Assembly (NCBI RefSeq): GCF_001194135.2
Contig: NC_068998.1
Span: 51,979,168 to 52,043,167, forward strand
DNA length: 64,000 nt
Source: Octopus bimaculoides
Taxonomy: Eukaryota
Direction of reading: 5' to 3'
The translations under genes and the position numbers were made by a program. Shown here one piece after another: positions 38,760-51,550 of this stretch. Positions within the stretch are counted from its first letter, which is position 1, and every line of letters starts with the position of its first letter. A model generated the notes under the pieces. The model saw nothing but the letters and a program-made list of their open reading frames with translations, ran no database searches and had not been told where the DNA came from.

Positions 38760-41700
38760 AACAACAAACAAGATGAGGATAAATATCAGTCAATTGTAAA
38801 TAATGTAATAAAAGAATTATAAAAAAAAAAATTAAGAATTTGTATACACAATATGAAACATAAGTTTACTGAAAACATAAGCTTTCAGTAAAACCATGCA
38901 TATATACATGCACATAATTGCATCCTCACTGACAGATATACACACACATTGTTTAGGAAAATTTGTGAATTAAAGTTCATGTGAACAAGCTATCTAATGA
39001 GTTATAAGTAACTGCAGAGCAAATAGTTGTACTATACGGGTTTAATGTTTGACTACAGAAACTACCCAGTTTTGCTAATTGAAAATCTCGTGTGTGTGTA
39101 ACAAAAAAAACGTTCTATTTAACATGATTCTGTTTTTGAAGTATCAAATAATATTTTCATTCTAATTTTGACTTTCGTTGTATCAGCTTGCCAAAAGATT
39201 CAACAAAACGTGTGTTGGAGGCTGATGTATTTGTATTGTGTGAATTTATATAATACTATATATATATATAGCATCATCATCATCATTTAACATCTGCTTT
39301 CCATGCTAGCATGGGTTGGACGATTTGACTGAGGACTGATGAACCGGATGGCTGCACCAGGCTCCAATCTGATTTGGCAGAATTTCTAAAGCTGGATGCC
39401 ATTCCTAATGCCAACCACTCTGAGAGTGTAGTGGGTGCTTTTATGTGCCACCGGCACGAAGGCCAGTCAGGCGGTTGCATATTGGGGTTGATCAAATTGA
39501 CTGGCCCCCTCCCCAAAAACTTTTGGGCCTTGTGCCTAGAGTAGAAAAGAATATTTTATATGCAATAATGATTGTGTAAAAATCCTAAAAATAAAAGTGA
39601 ATACAGTCAGTGTGTGCTTCAATAGTCTTATATAAAATGATGTAATACAAGTGGCTCAGCTTCCAACACACAATATTAGATCAAGTCTTTTGCCAAGCAG
39701 ATACAACAAAAGTCAAATTTAGACTGAAAATATAATTTAATATTTCACAACCAGAATGATGTTAAATAACACACTTCTTTGTGTTTAGGAAATTTTCTCA
39801 AACAATTTCTCAAGTTGCTTTTGTTTATATTATCGCAACATAGTTATTATCATTTGGTTTTTGTTTGTCTTTTTGACTGTTTCTTACATTGATGGTAGAT
39901 AATTATTGATTAGTATCTTGTTAACATAATTGCTTAATATTTATCTTGAGGGGGTGAATAATTTGGTGTTAATGCTAATCTCTTCAAATACCATTATCTA
40001 AATGTTAGTCATGAAAAATTAAATCATTGGTATTAGATATTCTCTTACATTTATCTACAAAATCTCTAAAAGAAGAAAGAGAAAGAAAAAACAATACAAG
40101 AATGGTTAACGGTTAATTGGTTGAATTCTATATACTAGAGAGAGACAAAGTAAACAGAGTCAAAGAGAAAGAATTTTCCTCGGCATTACATAAACAACTA
40201 AGAAGGAAAACAAAGCTACAGTTACCAAATATAACGATTTAACAGAATACACAGGTATTCCGAAGTAAATCTGATAAGACGACCTAATGCTATTGAAACT
40301 CTTTCATCTATTGCATCGATATGTTATAAATTAAGAAACAGTAGGCTACATCTTTCTATATCTGTACCTGTTTTCTTTAAACATTTCATTTCTATGTTGT
40401 TCTGGTTGTTGTTGCCGTTTTTCTTTTCATAATACAATAAACAGATGTGAAAAAAAATCTGTTTTTCTACTTTCTTTTTGTGTTTTTGTCTTGTTTTTTT
40501 TTCTGCTTTTTCTTGTTTCCTTACAGTCTACACGTTTTCAATCTGGATACCTTTTTTTAAATTTCTTCGTTTTTTTAAAAGAAGTCTGCAAAGGATTAGA
40601 CACACACACACACACACACACACACTTATCGTCATCATTATCAGTTTATGTTCAGTTTCCATACTGGCATGGGTTGGATGAATTCTCAAGAACCTAATAT
40701 TTATTTGGAGCCATTGCCCTCCTAGATGAGTCAGACAACCACATCTCATTCGTAAGTTCCATTCTGATGTGGTTGGATGCCTTTTCTAGAACCAACCACT
40801 TTAAAGAGTTTACTGCTTGTCTTTTATTGTGGCATTAACACAAGAAGCTTGCCTTGTCCCTCACACAGTAAAGAGGTATTTCTCTGCTCAGTATTATCTC
40901 TATTCATTAAAGCCATTAAATAAGAGATCCATTGCTTGAAAAACAAATAAGAGTTAGCAACAGAAAGGGTATCCAGCTGTAACACGATGCCCCAGTTATG
41001 TAATCACCTAACTCATGCAACCACAGAAACATAGGTGTTTAGTCTCTTTGTTATCCCTTCATTCATCTAACAATCCCCTCGTTTGTCCTCCCCCACTGCC
41101 TAGTCTTTACAGCTGTTTCAAATGATGCAGATAGGTGAAATAGACAGAGGCAACATTACTTATTCACACATTAACAAAAGACAGTATCAACTTATACAAA
41201 TCTTGGTTCTTGTGTATCTTCACGCGGTAAATTCACAACTTTCTCTTCAGATTTAACAGCAAACGCCACAAGAGAATAGATATTTACAATACTATTGGCA
41301 GATAAATTAGCTGAAGTGGTTGTAGTAAGAGGTACAGAAGTAAGGAGAGAGAATGGCAAAGAAGATATGCAGAGGAGCAAATATGTGAGTCAAAGGGAAG
41401 TGTAGTTTAAGGGGCGGGGGAGGGAAGAGGTGTAAAAGATGGAGTGAGTGACAAAGGGGTTAGTGGAGAGGGCAAAGAAACAGGGGAGAGGAAAGAAAAA
41501 GAGACAGTAAGTCTGCTGAAGGCGTCAGTCAGTGTGAGTTATCTGACTTTTCTGCAAAAAGAGTACAAAAAGTAAGTAATTAAAAAAGTGAGGTGGAGGG
41601 AATTGATCAATGGGAATCAATGATCATCCTAAAGGTGGGGCTAAGATGTAAGTAAACCCTGTCGAAGTGTGGAGATAAGCACGAATATTGTAGTGGCTAC

Positions 41701-43031
41701 AGAGAGGAATGGTAGGGGGGGCGGGGAATATGGTAACAAACTACCAGCTAGAAGGTATGGAGAACAGAAGCAGAGAAGGTGGAAAGAAAAGAAATGTGTA
41801 TGTATATATATATATATATGTGTGTGTATGAAAGTATGTAAACATATTTATATATGGGTGAATATATGTATGTATATTTGTATATCTTTATGTATGTATA
41901 TGTGTATATGTTTGTATATACTTATGTGTGTGTGTATAGACGCACACATGTATGTATGTATATTTCCCAGATTCAAGGATGTTATTTTTCCCTGAAAGAA
42001 GGCTAAAAACTATTTACCATGATTCCTAGAAGACGAAGCTTACATTTCTGATAAGCTAATTTTATTATCAGAGAACTGTTATCTATGCAACGGTTTCTGT
42101 GTCTCCAGACTGTAAACGTAAAAGTGAAAATACAGATTATAAGTGGTCAAGTGAATCTGTGTCACTTAGTCATCAACAAAATATCTTTATATAAAATGTT
42201 GTCACATGTTCCCCCCCACCCCCAAGCAAAAATTGAAACATATGTTCTTGCTTGGAGCATCATTGGTACAAGCAACAGTGATATATATATATATATATAT
42301 AATCATCATCATCATCATTGTTTAACGTCCGTTTTCCATGCTGGCATGGGTTGGACGGTTTGAGTGGGGACTGCCAAGCCAGGAGGCCTCAACAGGCTCC
42401 AATCTGATCTGGCAGTGTTTCTACAGCTGGATGCCCTTCCTAACACCAACCACTTCAAGAGTGTAGTGGGTGCTTTTTACGTGCCACCGGCACAAGAGCC
42501 AGCCAGGCGGCACTGGCATCAGCCATGTTTGTATGGTGCTTTTTATGTGCTACCAGCACAGGAACCAGTCAGGGCAGGGGTGGCTGGCATCAACCACATT
42601 TGGATGGTGCTTTTTACATGCCACTGGCAACAACCTTATATATAGAGAGAGAGGGGGTGGAGAGAGAGAGAGAGAGAGAGAGTGAGTGAGTGGGGTATCA
42701 ACTCATGTTGGATTTCTGTTCTGGCCACTTTTAGTGCTACATGAAAAATTCAGAGTTTAAGTTTAAATTCATTTGAGCACTACTATGTGTTTTCTATACT
42801 GAACATATCTAGCTCTCATCTATTATCTGTGTGTGTGTGTGTGTGTGTGTTTGTGTTTGTGTTTGTCTATATTAATAAATTTATTATATTCTTCACAAGA
42901 ATATGTGGTTTCAACAAACCAAATATTTGCTAAGCATCATCTGAGAACATATGAAAATATATCTTCTCTGATGATTTTTCGCTAAAAAAGCAGTGAGCCT
43001 GTTGTAAGAATACATATTAATTCCATTTATA

Positions 43032-43527
43032 TTGGGTCATCCCATAAATAATGTAGTTTTTTCAATTGCATGAACTAAAAGCTGGAGGGGGACAGGATAA
43101 ACTACCTGCATCAACTTGCAATAAAAGCAGTTAGTAATTTTACCTTATACTTATTCTTAGTGCAAGTTTTGAAGAGTGCAGTTTGATTTTAACAGTTATC
43201 TCTTTTTAAGCTATAATGGAAGTGACAAAGAAGCATATTCAGCATATTTTGCTTTAGGAGTTCAATAAAGGCAACAAAGCAACAGAAAGTGAGAGGAATA
43301 TTAATGCAGTATTTGGGGATTAGACAATAAACATAAGCCAGTGGCAACGATGGTTCCAGAAATTCCAAGCTGGAAACTACAGCCTAGAAAATGAGCCTTG
43401 TTTTAGAAGATCTGTAGAGTTCAATGAGGATGTCCTGCAGACCCTGGTGGAACAAAATGCCAGTATAACTGTTGAGGAACTAGCAGAGTAACTTGGATTT
43501 GGTCATTCAACCATTCATCGACACCTG
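43032..43527 (+). mobile_element. 5' half of a dead mariner element (TIR plus transposase N-terminal HTH region)
   Basis: TA + TTGGGTCATCCCATAAATAATG TIR-like end. From ATG 43216 it reads MEVTKKHIQHILL*EFNKGNKATESERNINAVFGD*TINISQWQRWFQKFQAGNYSLENEPCFRRSVEFNEDVLQTLVEQNASITVEELAE*LGFGHSTIHRHL, which resembles mariner/Hsmar1 N-termini. Three in-frame stops; truncated. Confidence 0.88.
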
Positions 43528-44630
43528 GTGTTCTTTCAGAATGTTTTGCATGCATGCATCATCATCATCTATCTGAGTTACCTGTATCAAGGATCTGTAA
43601 CACCTGGGCAGCACAGAAAAAAAAGGGTTTTTTAAAATTTTGTTTCTGTTTTATTAGCTATTGTACTCTGCAAGATGTTTTTGCCTTATATATGTCTTAT
43701 GTATGTAACATACATGCATTATGTAATAATTAAATTATATATAATGCCCTTTACTGTTTTGTTATGTGCATGATCCCCTTGTCCATAGCGAAATTGTCTG
43801 ACATGAAACTGATCCCTGCCTTTATTGGTGAAGGTTGAGGACTGCTGGGCTATATCATATATTCATGAGTGTCTACGTGTGCACATATATATTATGTGTT
43901 TGTGTGTGTGTTTGTGTACAAATATATACATATGTACCCATGCTGGTGTCACATAAAAAACACTTGTGCCAGTACCATGTATAAAGCACCCAATACACTC
44001 TGTAAATTGGTTGGCATCAGAAAAGGCATCCAGCTTGTAGAAACCAGGCCAAAACAGACAAAGCCTGGTCTGCTCTCTGGCTGGTCAGCTCCTGTCAAAC
44101 CATCCAATCCATGCCAGCAGAGAAAACAAACATTAAATGATGATGATGATGTATTATTTTGATTTAAACTTTTCATCTTTAAACATGTCTGACCCATGCA
44201 AACATGGAAAAGTAAAGGTTAAAACAAATATGATGTATAGGTTTGTGTATGCCTGCATCTTTTGCCAGTACACATTAGCAAAAGGTGTACACATTAGTGA
44301 GAAAGCTGACCGTATGATGCATTCAAACCAAAATTCTTTGCGATATTTCTTTTGCTTGAGTTGCACAAACACTCTTTTGTTGCTTCAGGGTATCACAAAT
44401 ACCCTAAAACAATGGTTGGCTTATGGGATACGTATTGTTCACTAAATACCTCATACAAAATATAAATTAAATGTATGTATTTATATGTGCATGCATTTGT
44501 GTGTGTGTGTGTGTTTATGTGTGCATATGTATATGGTTGTGTATAAGTATATATAAACACAGGTGTACGTACATTATATATATTTATACAGGTTTGTTAT
44601 ATACATATATTATACATATATATTTATACG

Positions 44631-44669
<39 letters not shown>

Positions 44670-44726
44670 ATCTTTATGGGTGCATATGTATATGGTTGTT
44701 TATAAGTATATATAAACACAGGTGTA

Positions 44727-44770
<44 letters not shown>

Positions 44771-45570
44771 NNNNNNNNNNNNNNNNNNNNNNNNNNNNNN
44801 NNNNNNNNNNNNNNNNNNNNNNNNNNNNNNNNNNNNNNNNNNNNNNNNNNNNNNNNNNNNNNNNNNNNNNNNNNNNNNNNNNNNNNNNNNNNNNNNNNNN
44901 NNNNNNNNNNNNNNNNNNNNNNNNNNNNNNNNNNNNNNNNNNNNNNNNNNNNNNNNNNNNNNNNNNNNNNNNNNNNNNNNNNNNNNNNNNNNNNNNNNNN
45001 NNNNNNNNNNNNNNNNNNNNNNNNNNNNNNNNNNNNNNNNNNNNNNNNNNNNNNNNNNNNNNNNNNNNNNNNNNNNNNNNNNNNNNNNNNNNNNNNNNNN
45101 NNNNNNNNNNNNNNNNNNNNNNNNNNNNNNNNNNNNNNNNNNNNNNNNNNNNNNNNNNNNNNNNNNNNNNNNNNNNNNNNNNNNNNNNNNNNNNNNNNNN
45201 NNNNNNNNNNNNNNNNNNNNNNNNNNNNNNNNNNNNNNNNNNNNNNNNNNNNNNNNNNNNNNNNNNNNNNNNNNNNNNNNNNNNNNNNNNNNNNNNNNNN
45301 NNNNNNNNNNNNNNNNNNNNNNNNNNNNNNNNNNNNNNNNNNNNNNNNNNNNNNNNNNNNNNNNNNNNNNNNNNNNNNNNNNNNNNNNNNNNNNNNNNNN
45401 NNNNNNNNNNNNNNNNNNNNNNNNNNNNNNNNNNNNNNNNNNNNNNNNNNNNNNNNNNNNNNNNNNNNNNNNNNNNNNNNNNNNNNNNNNNNNNNNNNNN
45501 NNNNNNNNNNNNNNNNNNNNNNNNNNNNNNNNNNNNNNNNNNNNNNNNNNNNNNNNNNNNNNNNNNNNNN
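44771..45570. other. Assembly gap (800 N); other gaps at 8457-9384, 22222-22761, 32361-32513, 38233-38242, 47222-47231 and 53574-53860
   Basis: Runs of N, mostly abutting (TA)n or poly-C tracts. Confidence 0.99.
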
Positions 45571-45742
45571 NATAAGGTTGAGGAGGGTATTGGATTTAAC
45601 CAAACCCAAGAGGATATTTACCACTGGAATGAAACTACTCTTCAAGTACTGTTCTCTCTTTCTTCAGCACATCACACTCTTTACCACTTCATACTAAAAA
45701 TATCCGCCTATGGATATAATAATAGATTACTTTATTTTTTCT

Positions 45743-45791
45743 GTCTCCGATGAAGGGAAGTACTGGATCTTCCCAGAAACAGCTGTAAGAC
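45743..45791 (+). ncRNA. Minimal type I hammerhead ribozyme motif, second family
   Basis: GTCT-CCGATGA-A-GGGAAG(tactggat)CTTCCC-A-GAAAC-AGCT-GTA-AGAC. Perfect 4-bp stem I, 6-bp stem II, perfect 8-nt palindrome ACAGCTGT as stem III, and a GUA cleavage triplet. Core U4 is C. Confidence 0.78.
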
Positions 45792-47231
45792 TCTATCCAT
45801 AAAATACTTCTCCAACCTTACCATTGCTCTCTTTATCTTTTTATTTTTTTATATATTTACATATATATATATATATATATATATATTCAAACTATCCAGA
45901 TCTGGCTTCTTACATCCACCCTACAATGTCATTCTAAAAATAAACAACCATACCATCAAAATATTCTTTTTTACTCTAAGCACAAGGCCGGAAATTTTGG
46001 GATTAGATCGACCCCAGTACGCAACTGGTACTTAATTTATCGACCCTGAAAAGATGAATGGCAAAGTCGACCTCAGCAGAATTTGAACTCAGAACATAAA
46101 AACAGACGAAATACCACAAAGCATTTCGCCCGGTGTGCTAACATTTCTGCTAGTTCACCACCTTAGAACATATTAGATAGTGATTTCAAATGTTGGCACA
46201 AGGCCAGCAATTTCAGTGGAGGGAATAAATCAATTACATTGGCCCCAGTGTTCAACTGGTTCTTATTTTATTAATTCTGAAAGGATGAAAGACAAAGTCA
46301 ACCTTGGCAGAATCTGAACCCAGACCAAAGATACAGACAAAATTCTGCCAAGCATTATGATTGGCATGCTAACAATTTCGCCAGCCCACCATCCAGAACA
46401 TGTTGAATATTGATTTCCAAAATTAGCATAATGTCACACATTTTTTATTTATTTTATCAACACCAAGAAGGCCTTGGTGGAATTTGAACTCAAACTATAA
46501 AGAGCCATAACTAAATTTGTAAGGTATCTTTTTTTACGTCTGATTCTGTAATGACCTTTCCATTCAGCAACCATGACCACCACACTGAGAATATGCTAAA
46601 TATTAAACAGCCTCCTTTTTTTCTAAATATGGTACACTCAACCGATTTTCCAAGCACACTATAAGTAAAGACCAATTTAAACTACTGACATCTTTATAAA
46701 ATCTTTCAACATGTTCTTCATATTCTGACTTTAAAAAAAAATGCCTCTGATCTTGTTTTCTGACGCTTAACGAATATTCCAAAAAATGTCTGGCAATGAA
46801 TTAACATACTGTAGCATAGGAGACAACATTGATTATCTCTATTTTAGAAAACACAAAAATTTAATTTGTTTGCTTTTAACAACTTTTTGCTATTGGACTG
46901 CAAAATATTCAATGACCATCTTGTTCAATGAAGTTTGCCAGTAAGAGAATATTTATTGAAATATTCTGTACAAAACTGGTCAAAAATTATTCCAAAAATA
47001 AATCCTTTTTTTCATTTTTTTTTTCTCAGATAATCAACAAAATGTTCAATATTATAAATTTTCAAATTGCCAAAGATAATTGAGCACAGGTATGGCTGTG
47101 TGGGTAAGAAGTCTCTTTTCTAACCATGTGCTCTTGAGTATGTGGCACCTTGGAAGAGTGTTTTCTACTACAGCCTCAGGCTATAGATATATGTACATAT
47201 ATATATATATATATATATATANNNNNNNNNN

Positions 47232-47275
<44 letters not shown>

Positions 47276-48120
47276 TCTCTCTCATTGAAGATGACATACG
47301 AGTGTTCTTTTTTGCAGAACAACCTGCACAAATGATTTGTTTATAATGACTGTATTGATGTGCTGTCTACCAAATCCACATTTCTAATGAAATGCACTTT
47401 CATTTATAATTCCTTTTAAACACATGGATGATAGGGTTCCTGTTAAGAGACAGAAACAAAAGAGAACGGTTTTAAAGGTTCCTGCACAATTACGAAAATG
47501 TTATCATTTCTTACTTGCCTTTCAATATAATTCTCTTCTAAGTGTGTTTTAGACTTATTTAGAAGCAACTAAAACTCATAACTATTCACTAGTTTTTATG
47601 TCAGTTTTTTTTTTTTTATGCTGGCATGTGTTGGACAAATACTTATTCCTTTCTGCTGTAGGCACAAGGCCTGAAATTTTGGGGGAGGAGGCCAGTCAAT
47701 TAGATCGGCCCCAGTATGCAACTGGTACTTATTTTATTGATCCTCGAAAGGATGACAGGCAATGGACAAATACTTATTGAACTATTATTTTGCAGCTGGA
47801 TACCCTTCCTGTTTCTAACCCTCCTTTATTTATCAATGAATGTTTTTCTTTTTCTTTTTTAAAGCATTCGTATCAGGTCTCTAGTGTACAGATAACTCTA
47901 TTTACTGAGTCTCTGATTCCTACTGAATCACCTTATGAATCATGCTTTCTTCTGTCATTATGCACCAGTTTTAGAAATCCTGCCAAGATTCTCATTGTTG
48001 TTGCTGTTCTTAATAAACCCATTTTTTTCCCCCTAAATTTTAATTAACTTTCATTTCATAATTATCAATTTGATCTCTCTTTCACTAAAATATATTTCTC
48101 TCTTTTCTTTTCTTTTCCAG

Positions 48121-48194
48121 TGTGATGGTAGTGATTTGACGCAGAAAATGAAAGACCTGAAACTTCATTGTCTTTTATTTCTAAACATACCGAA
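48121..48194 (+). CDS. DGKZ: DGK accessory-domain exon CDGSDLTQKMKDLKLHCLLFLNIP(K)
   Basis: Long pyrimidine tract + ccag| acceptor and AA|gtaagt donor. CDG..DLT..K..DL....FLNIP motif. 74 nt, phase 0 to 2. Confidence 0.95.
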
Positions 48195-49602
48195 GTAAGT
48201 ATTATACTAAACATGATAGTTAATTAACTTACTGATTAATATACTTGATAAACATGACAGAATGAGTACAAGCATATTTATGTCTTTTTCAAATTTACAT
48301 CTTTTTTTAAAGTTTCTTTTTTTTTTTAAAGAAATTAAATTGACTCCAGTCAATTTATCTGGCTTTATCTTGGTCTCTGTGAACATTTTTAAAAGCATAA
48401 AAATAATTTAAAAAAATAAAACAATAGGCACAGGCGTAGCTGTGTGGTAAGGAGCTTGCTTCTCAACCTCATGGTTCCAGGTTCAGTCCCACTGTGCGGC
48501 ACCTTTGGCAAGTGTCTTTTACTATAGCCTCAGGCCAACCAAAGCTTTGTAAGTGAATTTGGTAGACAGAAATTGGAAGAAGCCCATCACACACACACCC
48601 AAGTATATACACTCACATACAACAGGCTTCCACACAGTATCCATCTACCAAATTTACTCATAAGGCATTGGTTGACCTGAAGCTATAGTTGAAGACATTT
48701 TCCCCAGATGCCATAGAGTGGGACTGAACCTGAAAACTTGTGGTTGTAAAGCAAGTTTCTTAATAGCACAGACCTAGGTAATATTATTTCTTTCTTTTTG
48801 TAGAAAGATTAGTAGTTGTCCATACATACCACTGGTGTTTGGCCAAAGGAAAGGCCATCAACTTGAGCCAATATGGCTTGGCACCAGCATCATGGCATGC
48901 ATTTCTTTCAGGCCACAAAGAGCCAAAATTCTCTAACAGTTCCTCTTCAATCCACTGCCCTTCATTGGTCCTTTTTTATTTTTTTATCAACCCCTCCAAA
49001 AAAAAAAAAATGAAAACAAAAGATGACCTTGGTAAGATTTGAACTCTGGATGCAGAGTGTCAAAACAAATATCAAATACCACAAAGCATTCTGTCCTATT
49101 CTCTAACAACTTTGCCAATTCACTACTTTTGATGATTTGCTTCATCTTTTTCACATTCTGAGTTTGAATTCTCTTGAGGTTAACTTTATTGTTTCACCCT
49201 TTCAGAGTTGATAAAATAAACACCAGATTAGAAATGGATTCAAACTCATTGATTGATTAAACCTCATATCCAACATTTGTCAATTTTGTACTTATCTTAA
49301 AAATCAATATCTTCTGTGTTATCTTTGAATTTTAAATAAGTAACAAAACGAAAATTGCCAATCTATTTACACATTTACACCAATAGAAATGTAATCCCAA
49401 CTGTTTTTACAATGTCTAATTATGAAACTCTATTTATTTCTTATGAATGTAACAGATATGAAAATGGAAAAAGACCTTCAGTTATTTCTAGTAACAGGCT
49501 GTATATTGATTTCTGAATTTACATTAGAGAAATATGTTCTGAAGAAATTCAAAAGATATTTGTAAAATAAGAAGAATAGGTTTGATTTAAAACATGTAAA
49601 CA

Positions 49603-49783
49603 TAGGCGCAGGAGTGGCTGTGTGGTAAGTAGCTTGCTTACCAACCACATGGTTCCGGGTTCATTCTCACTGTGTGGCACCTTGGGCAAGTATCTTCTAC
49701 TATAGCCTCGGGCCGACCAAAGCCTTGTATGTGGATTTGGTAGACGGAAACTGAAAGAAGCCTGTCACACACACACACATATA

Positions 49784-49832
<49 letters not shown>

Positions 49833-50036
49833 TTATGTGTGTGTGTGTGTGTGTTTGTCTCCCCACCATTGCTTGACAACCGATGCTGGTGTGTTTACGT
49901 CCCCATAACTTAGCAAAAAAAAAGAGACTGATAGAATAAGTACTAGGCTTACAAAAAATAAGTCCTGGGGTCGATTTGCTTGACTAAAGGTGGTGCTCCA
50001 GCATGGCCGCAGTCAAATGACTGAAACAAGTAAAAG
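49603..50036 (+). mobile_element. tRNA-derived SINE family A, full-length copy with internal microsatellite
   Basis: Head GGCGCAGGAGTGGCTGTGTGGTAAG...GGTTCA...CACCTTGGGCAAGT, central (CA)/(TA)/(GT) tract, and tail GGTGCTCCAGCATGGCCGCAGTCAAATGACTGAAACAAGTAAAAGA. Confidence 0.85.
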
Positions 50037-50980
50037 AGTAAATAGCAAAGGATAAATTCCTGCTAGAAGCAGAGACCACAAAAGTAATTTGAGCAAAATG
50101 GAATTGCTTGGTTTATAGAACAGATACAGGCAGGTACCCATGCTGCATTGTTGGAACAAATAAAGGCAGAACTAAAAAAAAAAAACAATTGGGGGGTCTA
50201 AGAAAGGAACTTTTGGTAAAGTTACTGGAAGCAGGAATATGTGAATGTTCTGGAATGTTTAACTGTTTGAATAATCATAAACTGAAAATTATACCTTGCT
50301 GGTTGTGTTGTTTAACCCATGTTAGTCCTGTGATTGAAGCAGATCTGCTCTAGCTATGACCTTCATCATTTTTTGTATATCTAAGGCTACATTGTTTAAT
50401 GAGTCCCTTCCTTCTTTTTAGAAGACACCTGAGTATAAATTGAGAGAAATTTGGCTATTATTTCTAGGAGATGAGTTAATGTATAGAAGCCTCTCTGGTT
50501 GGCTCATACTAAGTTATATTGTTATATTGTTATATTGTTGCTTATCCCCGGATTATTTCTTGATTAAGGAAATCTATGATCCCAGATGTTTTAGGATGGT
50601 GTGTTCATATTTTTTTCCAGTTGCAATGTGTCAAGGACTGAGTTTATCTGATATTGTGTTTCTTATTTCAAAAGAAGGTCAGATTCGAAATGAGAGAGCT
50701 TTGACTGCAGGTTGCAAGTGAAGCTCTCTCAGATCAATCTCCCACCTTCTAGCAAGTCTTGTGACCATGTACAAGCATCCTCATTGGTTGTGCCTGACCA
50801 TGTTTGTATGACCTACTGCTGGAGATAAAACCAGCTATGGCATAATCACCATATATAGTTTCTGTAATCCCATATTCACTGAACATTGTTATAGTTGAAT
50901 ATTCGACAATATTACACAATATTTATTTTGCATTCTCTATGTTTAAGATTACATTTATATTTATATATATATGTTTTCAG

Positions 50981-51089
50981 ATATGCTGGTGGGACGACAC
51001 CATGGGGCCACCCAAATGTACTAGGATTTGAAACACCGAGACATGATGATGGCTATTTAGAAGTTATTGGTTTTACCTACACATCACTG
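50981..51089 (+). CDS. DGKZ: DGK accessory-domain exon [36 protein letters not shown]
   Basis: gttttcag| acceptor and |gtaaga donor. AA+A = Lys. Contains the PWG and [10 protein letters not shown] motifs. 109 nt, phase 2 to 0. Last exon visible in the window. Confidence 0.96.
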
Positions 51090-51369
51090 GTAAGATTGCT
51101 TATCTATCATAATTGAGTATCAATGTCTTATTTTCTTTCTCTCTAGCTTCACTCTCACTAACACAACATACTCCAGATGTTTTTTGGGTTTTTTTTTTTT
51201 TGGCTTTTGCAGTTCAAAATACCCTTTATTTCTGTATTGTTTTCCACTCAATCCTACTTACCTCATGCCTGAAGGGGGCCACCGGGACGTCTCATCTTTT
51301 CGTATATCTCTTCACAGGTCCTGCTGATCATACTCTCCTGTTCTCCTTGTGTAACATAACAGTTATTAT

Positions 51370-51550
51370 TGTTTAACCCGAGGTCAATCCCATTTCAGCA
51401 GATCTATGATGAAAGGCATTCCAGCCATGATCATCTTGTCTTTTTCTATTTTCATGTACAATGTACACCTCACTACATCATCCCGCATGTCCTTCTGAAA
51501 TGGTACAAAGTACTTTTAAGGATATTGAGTTGTTATTTCCAACAGCTCAA
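51370..51550 (+). repeat. Dispersed repeat family E (unclassified)
   Basis: The motif TTTAACCC.AGGTCA.CCC....AGCAGA.CTATGAT.AAAGGCATTCCAGCCATGA.CATC recurs at ~2690-2900, 24500-24690, 27870-28050, 37940-38040, 50310-50480 and 63830-64000. Confidence 0.65.

Larger units (their letters stand above)
38319..38805. mobile_element. Foldback non-autonomous retroelement: tRNA-like core with two inverted hammerhead-bearing arms (Penelope-like/retrozyme-like)
   Basis: Inverted arms ~38356-38551 and ~38594-38807 around a 42-nt loop. A 37-nt extension on the left side only. Flanked by the direct repeat TAATAAAAGAAT at 38307-38318 and 38806-38817. Confidence 0.85.

Noticed and set aside
51264-51295. Third hammerhead-like string ATGC-CTGAAGG-GGGCC...GGACGTC-TCAT
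   Set aside because: No GAAA and no closable stem II; too degenerate to call.
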